From the NCBI GenBank assembly GCA_051362555.1, contig CM120640.1, forward strand, positions 44,556,788 to 44,620,787: a stretch of 64,000 nt of DNA, read 5' to 3'. The notes below the pieces were generated by a model. It did no database searches and was not told the DNA's origin. It saw nothing but the letters and a program-made list of their open reading frames with translations. Below are positions 36,801 to 64,000 of the stretch, piece after piece. The position numbers and the translations under genes are program-made. Source of the stretch: Lingula anatina (lineage: Eukaryota > Animalia > Brachiopoda). How positions within the stretch are numbered: the stretch's first letter is position 1; every line of letters starts with the position of its first letter.

Positions 36801-39800
36801 TGAAATTGAGACTAAGCTATTTTGAAAAAAAGATTTGCGCTAAAGCAAATGAGATTTGCTCATAATGATTTTGAATTTAATAATTTAATATACAATTCTG
36901 CTAAAAATCTATGTTAAATTATTTACCTTTTCATTTTGACATCTTATTTTGAGAAATGTTTTAATTAGAGCAATCAAGACTGCCTGTAATTTTTGACACT
37001 TAGGACATCAAAACTATTCTATTTTGATAAGATAAAGGTTATTTGTGTTCAAGGTCCGTGTATTAGAGACAATGGAGACACTGGACCAAGAGACGTTTGA
37101 GGCTCACTTTGGTGAAGACAGGACATGGACCACAGTGCTTAGTGATGGGACACCACTACCTTTAAAAAGTGCCGATTCTGACTCTGCAGTGCAATATGAA
37201 GACAGAGTGGAGTACATTAAACTGGTGCAAGAAGCCAGGATGAATGAATGTGAAGAACAGGTAAGTCAACACGACATTGAGTTATTTCTTTTTCTGTCCA
37301 ATTCCATGGATTTGTTTTGTAGATAAGAAGTTGACACCTGCTGGAATAACTCTACTTAAGCCAAATCACTGACTTTTACTAAGTCTGTGTTAAAATGTCA
37401 AAGAATACAAATATATATATTTTTTTAGAAAGAAGAAAAGGCTAATGTGAACTTTGGTAGGTAATAGATATTTGTATAGTCTACTGTGGAAGTTGTCTAT
37501 TATTATGCTAGGCTGTGACAGAAGCTGTTGAAAGCCAGCTTTTTTTTCTTTTTTCTTTTTTTTTTGGGGGGGGGGGGGGGGATATGGCTGAACAAGTATG
37601 AACATGGCAAATGTTTCTCAGTTGTGCTTTGCTTTTTTTTAGTATGTGGGAATGCAGTCAAGTTCAAAATGTGATTTAACTCAAAGAATAAAATGAAATG
37701 AAAATGAAATGAAATAAAATGAAAAATGATTTAATATATAAATTTTGTTTGAGAAAATGTTGGAATTTCTGGCCTTTTGAAATGTTGAGCAATTAACTCA
37801 AAACAGCAGATGGATATGTGAAAACAACATATAATTATAGAAATAAAAAATGGCTCAAACTAATTTATTAGCTGATTTCTTTGATTTTCTGTTCAGTGTG
37901 ACAGCAAAAATAATAACTAATACACAGGCTATCAGACCCAGTTCAAGAAAGTTTAGAAAGCTCAACTCTGACCAAGAAGCCATGTCTTTTCCACCATCAT
38001 CTTTTTCATATATAACAACCACATTCTTCTCTATTTCATCTTCCTTACTATGACTAGTTTGTATGTGAGACCACACTTGCTTCATTATGTAGTTTTCCTT
38101 TCCTCTGTAGTCAAAATCTGTAATTCCTATCATTATGGGACTAGTCAAATACTTTGAATCCATAAAGTTTTTCATTAAAGAGGGGGTATTTCCAATGCCA
38201 GCAAAAGCTTTATAACTATCTAAAAAGGTAAAATTGAGCTTAGCTGCCAATATGCCAACATAGACATCATCCATGAATAAATAAGGTGTCTGTAGTGACA
38301 TAGAAAACAAGGCTTTGGCTGTTGACAGGCTGACAATATATGCAGTCCCTGAACAGTACGATGGGAATGCATTGCTCTTGTATTCCTCCTTAGTTAAACC
38401 ATACTTTGTTTGCCGTGATCTGTGCACCCTAGTACAGCAGGGATAGAGGTAGCAGAGCTTGAAATGCTGCATGCCAGGTCCAGAATGCTCTATAACATAC
38501 GGAACCAGCTTGTACATGTCTATCACTATTTGGTCATCAGTGACCATGACATTCTGCGCATTACTGCAGTAGGTCTGTGCCCATTTGAAAATCCCCATCA
38601 CTTTAGTGGTGAGATTGCGAAAGTCTTCAACAAAATCTTCTTGCGCAATGTCCTTGTATTTACGATGCTCCCTCTCTATGGCTCTTTGAGTGTGAACATT
38701 TTTAGGTGTGGCAAAAAAGAAGACCACCACTACATTGAAATTAGAGTTTAAACCCTTAGCACCCCAGGTTTTCCTGATCACAGTTCTTGTGTCTATATGT
38801 GGAAAATGTGTCTTGACTGCTATGAGGAGAACTATATCTCTGTACCTGGAACATATATCTGTATTCCTGGTGAAGGTATAGGGATGAGGGTTACAGTTTC
38901 TTGGTGCATCCCAGAACCTTCCAGGTATGGGAGAGTCTTTTGGTCTTGGAACTGGTTTTATGTGTGTGTTTGTCCCTTTTTCCATGTCGTTGTCTTCCAC
39001 TGAGATCACACTGACAGCTGAGAGACAAAAAAAAAAGTGAATCGATAATTATTTGTTCGCATAAGGCTTTTTATCATGGTGATTATTTCCAAGAAACATT
39101 TTCTAGCCAGGGATGTACATGCCTAGTGGGCAGTTTAAATGAAATGGTTTAAAGATAATTGAAAGATAATTTATTTTAAGGTTATACGTTTGATTATCCT
39201 TTACTACATAAACATTTCTAAAATAACTGTAGTTCCTCCCCCCCCCAAAAAAAAAATAAATAAATAAACAAAATAACATTTCCTTAGACCATCGAATGAT
39301 GTGTATGACCATTAAAAAGAAATTGGTATTCAGAAAGGCATGGTAATTTTCAAAGGCCATACACATGTAATAAAAGGGGGAAGTAATGAATGGTGTTTTA
39401 TTTAAATTGTGCTCTCATATCATATATACTTTAAAAAGCTGCAGCTCTTTTTTACATGTGATTGACCAGAAAAGCCTAACATAGACACAAAATTATAGAT
39501 TAGGCATGTAACTTGCTTTCATTACAGTAGCATCATTTAAATGAGGAACTGCATATAAGACCCAGAAACAAGGCAGACTTGAAAGGTGTAGAATAGATCA
39601 GATTATCTAATGTTCATTGTGGAAAACATTCTATGCCATATTATGCCCATGCCTGCTTTTAAGTATACAATCATACCTAGTAACAACAGGTGTGCAGCCC
39701 TAATCATGCCATCACTGCCTATGTGTACCATCATGATGCATACACCTCCATTTCACAGGTGGGAATAGGTCAAGGTCACCATGCCAGGTGCTCAGTGCTG

Positions 39801-41410
39801 CCATCTGGGCAGGTAAAAATAGGTCAACAAAAGGGCAGTCAGAAAACTAGTTGTTTATACAGGAGTCAGTTATAGTGTTGTGCAGTACAAAGAAATAGTT
39901 TTGTTTGTGGAATGAGATAATTTGACAACAGCAGCAGAGCACAGCACGTGAAAAATCAAAACAGAAATTGTTGTATTGAATAAGTATTTAAATCTTATAA
40001 AGTTGACTGTTTGGATCATCTTATTATTACAGTGGAATTACTAGATACAACATCAAAGTAATCACAAATGTTTCTTTAGGTTATCTGCATTTTATGATAT
40101 TTGCACTTTATTGAGTACTTTTCAGTAAGTAGTAAATGTTATTCCTCAATGAAATTTGGTAAACACACAAAAAGCTTTTATTGTGTTATATAATGTATGT
40201 TTTAGGTAGCAGCTCTGAGGGAAGGTTTGTTGAGTGTAGTGCCCCAGGCTGTGCTAGATCTGTTAACATGGCAAGAGTTGGAAAAGCGGATATGTGGAGA
40301 CCCTGAAATCACTGTGGAGGCTCTCAGGAAAACTAGTGAGTAAAACTGTCACTGTGTCATATCAACTTCTGTATGTGTTTAATAAAGGCAATCAAAACTT
40401 GTATGAGTGAATGAGTGTTTTATTGTATGTTCATATTAAATTTCTTTGACTTAATGGGAATGGAGGCAGAACACTTTGAATACGTTTTTGTGGTTTGAAA
40501 TACTTCAGTTGTTTCCTGAAATACAGGGAAAGTTTTTACTGAAAAACATCTTATCAGAACATTTTCTATTATTTGGATGACAGATTCAACAGCAGAACAC
40601 CTGTGATCTATGACATTTCATCTGTTTTCAGCTCACTATGAAGATTTAGAACAAAATGACTCTAGAGTGAAGTATCTGTGGGAAGCCCTGGGAAATTTCT
40701 CAAATGAAGACAGAAGTAGATTTCTGAGATTTGTGACAGGCAGGCGGAGGCTACCAGCTCCACTCTATGTCTGCCCAGATAAAGGGTAAAATGAATATAT
40801 GTATTGATTATTGTAATGCTTTGTTTGCATTAGGTCTGTGTAAAATGAACAAGAATAGTTGGAGAATAGTTGAGAAGAAAGACACAGTGAAATGTTATGA
40901 ATCGTGTTTGATTTAACCAAATATACAATGAGTGGTAAAGCCTATGCATTATTACTATGTTTAAATATTTTTAAGTAATTCAACTTGTCTGTTTTGCTTC
41001 TCTTTACCCAATGTTGAATACTTGTTATTTTTTACAGTGAAGCTGTAGATGGTTTGCCAGAATCTTCAACTTGCTCAAATACTCTCTATTTGCCAAATTA
41101 CTCCAGGTAAAATGACTGGTTCCTCATTAGATGATTTGTGCATGCATTTTTATTGTGCAATAGAGAGTAATCTTGAACTGAAAGTAGACAATATTTCAGG
41201 CAAAAATTGTTTAATCACTTTACTGTAAATATTCAGCAGCTTGTGAAATGTACTTAGGTTCTTTAAAAGGTTTAAATTGTAATTTTTCTAAAGTTAAGGA
41301 TAATATTCTTTATTTATCTCCTTAGTGCAAAAATTGCCGAAGAGAAGCTGAGATACGCATCATATAACTGTGTGGCCATTGATACAGATATGAGCCCTTG
41401 GGATGAGTGA
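30842..41410 (+). CDS. HECTD3: E3 ubiquitin-protein ligase HECTD3 (DOC/APC10 + HECT domains)
   Basis: Approximate exons: 30842-31120, 31865-32043, 32368-32596, 32899-33014, 33202-33315, 33553-33642, 33833-33998, 34677-34758, 34949-35025, 35381-35539, 35917-36085, 36325-36448, 36642-36731, 37054-37260, 40206-40336, 40631-40785, 41038-41106, 41326-41410. Motifs [42 protein letters not shown], catalytic [14 protein letters not shown], and C-terminus [15 protein letters not shown]. Confidence 0.95.
37855..39734 (-). CDS. GT31-family beta-1,3-galactosyltransferase-like protein nested antisense in a HECTD3 intron
   Basis: Exon 1 39734(or 39707)-39677 with a phase-1 GTATG donor; exon 2 39017-37855. 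GT31 motifs [66 protein letters not shown]. It lies in HECTD3 intron 37261-40205, with a candidate minus-strand TATAAA at 39854-39859. Confidence 0.88.
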
Positions 41411-43257
41411 ATGACCATTAAACTAACCAACACTATGACTGACCAGCTACATCAATCACATCAGGCCAGGTTATTAATACTGGATATTATTTAAACTGAC
41501 CAGTGTAATACTGCTATCTGGATATAGAGGTCTGTGACTTGACCAAAATATGGACAGTGGATTTAAATATTAGTGACCATCTGTTAACATTTCTAAATGT
41601 TAGATATGTCATTTACTGGTACCAGGTTACCCATTGATATTAAGCTTATTTAGCTTTCATGTTCCAGTTGTACTGTAAGCTACTTCAGAGAGGCTTTTAA
41701 TCAGTGTCTTAATAACTTTTCATGTAAAGGGATGAACTTCGAGGAATAATGTGGATATTTGTCAATTGTGCAATAATTACTATCAAAACATGGTGGATTT
41801 TTATACAGTGAAGGAATAATAGTAGCATTCAGATAGTTATGTGTATGTATGTAGGTATGTATTACATGCAGATGGCAAAGTAGAAGGAAAACTTGCCTAG
41901 TTAAAGTTAAGAGTTTCTTATGCATATTGCAGAGGTTTAGGTAATTGTCTATAAAAATTGTAAATCAGAGACTACTGGTGTTATATAATGTTGGGTGTTT
42001 TTATGGTTTGGATGGTTGACATTTCTGATACAAAATATGATTGTGGCATAAAATGCAAAGAATGTTCTGAAGCTTTTAACACAAGCATAATGAGTTAATT
42101 CCCAAAGTTGTACAAATTATTTTATGTACTTTATAAACAAGTTAAATCATAGTCTGTGATTGAGGTAATTCCATTAGTTTGAAAATTATTTCTCTAGCAG
42201 ACTCATGAAGCTGAGTGTATGCAAGTATGCTTTTAGTCTCCTTAAATTTTCTTATGGAGTAACTGTGGCCTTTGATACAAATTGCATGTAAAATATCCCT
42301 TTTTTAAGTCAGGCATTAATTTTCATGACCAAAGCATTATTTGTCTTTACTTCATACCAGTCTACAAGAACTCCTATTCTGATACTAACGCTGTAACTAT
42401 GAAATCATGTTAACCATCAGTGTGTTGCAGATTACTCTTCATTATTTGTGTTCCGTCTTCTGATTAGACTCTTGAATTTCTAATAATAAATCTGTATGCT
42501 GAACAGGCATTTAACAAAATATGATTTGAATAATGACTTTCTGACGTTAATCAGTTGGGTGATCAGGCTCCCTGATAACATTTGCCAGCCATCTTTACAA
42601 GTTCTTAAGTGTTTTCTGGGTATCTTTCTGTAATGAGATTGTGAATGAGAGACAGCATAAGTAATCCGACTTCTGCTTTGTTATATCTAGATACATATAC
42701 CAGCTCCTTTTACCTTAAAGCTCAAAGCCAAGTCCAGTTCGAATGAGGTTATCTGCTCCATCATCTAATGAGGGCTATCAAAACATTATCTCTGCTGAAT
42801 CAGGTTGTAAAAGTACATGTTACATATCTCTGTGAATGTGTTTGTTATCAAAATAGACAGTTTTTACATGTAGCACATTAAAATTTGTACTCTATGATCT
42901 ACAACCATCATATGCTTTGTATAGTTTTATTTCCACATTTTTGTGAATAATAACAATGAAACCAGTTGGATACCATAATTTATATTTGGTCATAGTTTAC
43001 AAAGAAATTTGAACACAGCAAATCTGAGATTTTTTGTGGCAGTTTGTAATAAACACGTATTATCTGTACAATGTGTAGTAAATTATGACCAGGCTCTCAT
43101 ACAGCAAAGGTAGAAGAAAAAAAAACAACCTTAATTGAGGAGACACTAGTAAATGATATGAATCACATCATAAAGCATATCGTCCCTTTTTTTTTCATAA
43201 GGATACATCCAATTGTGGGAGTTTTAAAGCTTTTAGTGAGGCATGCTGCTTATACCT

Positions 43258-43478
43258 TAAGGCTGTATTCCCAGAGCTTTTAGATCGATCTATCCCGGCA
43301 GGGAGTCTCACTAGATTACTGTCAGATAATCCGGCTTAAATGTCCGTCCCGCCTACTACAAGCTGTAAGGGGGTAATTAACTTTCGTGTCCGCTCGGCTG
43401 ACAGCTATTTAGCATGAACCACCAGGGAGTTAGGTCGATCTAAAGTAGATCGATCTAATCTCTGGAAATGGGGTCTAA
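43258..43478. mobile_element. Small MITE-like element with TAGATCGATCTA subterminal palindromes
   Basis: GGCTGTATTCCCAGA..TTAGATCGATCTA on the left versus TAGATCGATCTAA..TCTGGAAATGGGGTC on the right; GC-rich against AT-rich flanks. A related fragment may lie near 59760-59830. Confidence 0.6.
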
Positions 43479-44605
43479 GTGCTGATGTGAATATAACAGA
43501 TATATAAATAACTGCGTGGTTCAATAAAATGAATACATCTTATTTTTTGATGAATATTAGTAACTGCTAGTTTCATAAGCACTTAGATTGATGGATATGA
43601 TATCCAAGTTTATGATATCAGAATTTCTTACACACATAAATTTTTAAGGAAAACGAGAAAAAAAGTCAATTATAACTAACACACTCCCATAAAAGGGGTA
43701 TTTAAAGTGTTAAGTTTATGGCATGATATATGGCAACATTAATAACAGGAAATACTTGACAAAAATTATACATTAATATTAATATAATAAGTATGTATTA
43801 ATCACAGAAACTGTAGGAGGATGATCTTAATATGAATAAGTAGCAGAAGTATGAAGAATATTGCACTAAATAAACAATTAGTAGAACAAATAACTGAAGA
43901 GACTAATGAGCAAAAAGTTGTAAGTGCACCAAAAACATGCATTCACAATTTCATGCTAAAAAGAGTCAAAACTAAATGCAAAACTCTTCTGAATAAATAA
44001 TTTCTAATTTATGATCATTGTGAGAACAGTATCATAAAAGGGAAATATATTGAACACATTTTTTCAATGCGCAAAAAACTTCTGTCATGGCATGTGGCCA
44101 CTCCAATCTTTATCTTCTTTTTATGGACAGACACCACCTGTGAGTGTCGGTGCTGCCGTTCACTTTTCACTGTTACCACAATGGCTGGTTAACCATGGCA
44201 CTTATTGTCTTCAAACTTAGTTTCATTTTCCACATTTGACAGCTTTGCTGCCTTGTCTAAATGTATATATCTTATCTTATAAAATTAACCACCAATGAGT
44301 GTGTGTATAAATATATATGTATATAAAGCTAATGATTCTATCACACGTCATAAATACTGTATACATGCTGTTAAAACTTATGAAATATACTGTGACAATA
44401 AAGGGTAATACTCAATAAGAGCAAAACCTCAATGTAATAAAGCAATGCCACACCAAATTTAAAATCCACAGAAATTAGCATTTAAGATCTCCAAAACCCC
44501 CAAAAACATGTTTATTGCAGCTGGGAAGGAAATGAATTTGTACAATCTGTTGTAATGCAATGGAATGAAGCAATGTCATCAACAATAATGTCCAGACATA
44601 TGTGC

Positions 44606-63059
<18,454 letters not shown>

Positions 63060-63875
63060 TCTCCACTCTACGTAAAATTAAGACTGGGGTTTCTATACGT
63101 ATGAATGTTGGTCGTACTCCACATACATAACCGAACTGCAAGAGGCAGTTCTGTAGTTTTCTGACCCTTTTATTACAACTGTTTATACCTATGCATAACC
63201 AACATGTGATGCTTTGGGCTCAACCAATCAGACGTTAGTCAGCAACCAATCAGATGTAAAGCCTGGAACACACCTTCACCGAATATGGGGAATTGGGTCA
63301 TCATGATAAATGTATGACCCGACACAGATTTTTTGCGTGACATGGGAGTGATCCTTGAGACGAGGAAAAGTTATTTTAAAAGTACGTTTAATTTGCAACA
63401 ATAGCCCACAGGTTATATATCAATGGGTCACATACGTATCAGTGTAATAACTAGCGGTATGACGTGTTTTTTTTTTTTATTTCTCGTGTCATTACAATAG
63501 AAATTTGATTGAAAATGACAAAAAATGTCTACAGAAAAGAATATATGTTATTCCTTTTAGATTTCATGAGAGCGTAGTATACAGGCTTCACACCCATGTA
63601 ATGTTTACTCGACAAATATCAGCACTTATGTTGTAATGAAATCTGCTGAACGTTAAAATTAATTATATATGTATGTTAAAATTTCATATGATCCATGTTG
63701 CTCTAAATTGTCTTTCTTTTTGAACCTTGGCCACAATCACCCAAGAGCATGTAACGTTATAACATATGCACCCGTTGATCTGATAACGGCCCCTACACCG
63801 ACAGTTGCCTGCTCAGTTCACAAAATTGAGTTGGCGTAGTTCTTTAGAAAAGAAGGTTCGAATGTTAATAGTAAA
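63060..63875. promoter_or_regulatory. Bidirectional promoter GLDC/HDAC3 with tandem CCAAT boxes
   Basis: 816 bp between divergent ATGs. AACCAATCAGA occurs twice (~63222, ~63244), CpG content is raised, and a YY1-like AAAATGGCG overlaps the HDAC3 start. Confidence 0.65.
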
Positions 63876-63933
63876 ATGGCGTCGCCGAAAGTAGCGTACT
63901 TCTACGATCCGCAGGTCGGCAATTTTCACTATG
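63876..63933 (+). CDS. HDAC3: Histone deacetylase 3, first coding exon (gene continues beyond window)
   Basis: MASPKVAYFYDPQVGNFHY-G followed by a phase-1 GTTAGT donor; matches the HDAC3 N-terminus (vertebrate MAKTVAYFYDPDVGNFHYG). Too short for the ORF track. Confidence 0.9.
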
Positions 63934-64000
63934 GTTAGTACATGGACCATTATGTAAAAGGGTCACTTTGACTAAAGCTGCTCTTATCAACTGCGGTTTC

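Noticed and set aside
38422-39003. Plus-strand ORFs overlapping the glycosyltransferase
   Set aside because: Antisense shadows of the GT31 coding exon; not needed for the HECTD3 frame.
41411-44605. 3.2-kb gap between HECTD3 and GLDC as a site for a further gene or ncRNA
   Set aside because: Only AT-rich UTR-like sequence and one small MITE; no supportable exon, tRNA or snoRNA pattern seen.

Overview
AT-rich, intron-containing animal genomic DNA, most consistent with a lophotrochozoan invertebrate such as a mollusc (inference). It holds six conserved multi-exon genes: the 3' half of a SET-binding factor/MTMR5-13 pseudophosphatase (+), a divergent SLC1-family transporter (-), ASNA1/GET3 (-) head-to-head with HECTD3 (+), and glycine decarboxylase GLDC (-) head-to-head with exon 1 of HDAC3 (+). 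Two extra genes are nested antisense in introns. One is a 3-exon, 106-aa secreted peptide with two tandem CS-alpha-beta defensin-like modules (ASNA1 intron 2), which the ORF track shows only in part. The other is a GT31 beta-1,3-glycosyltransferase with an N-terminal signal and a C-terminal transmembrane helix (HECTD3 intron), the reverse of the family's usual type II layout. Introns carry several MITEs, Helentron-type repeats, a Tc1 relic and a 17+17 bp palindrome with a 7-bp TSD resembling a P-element excision footprint. All exon calls were made by eye from GT-AG boundaries and frame continuity; no database searches were run.
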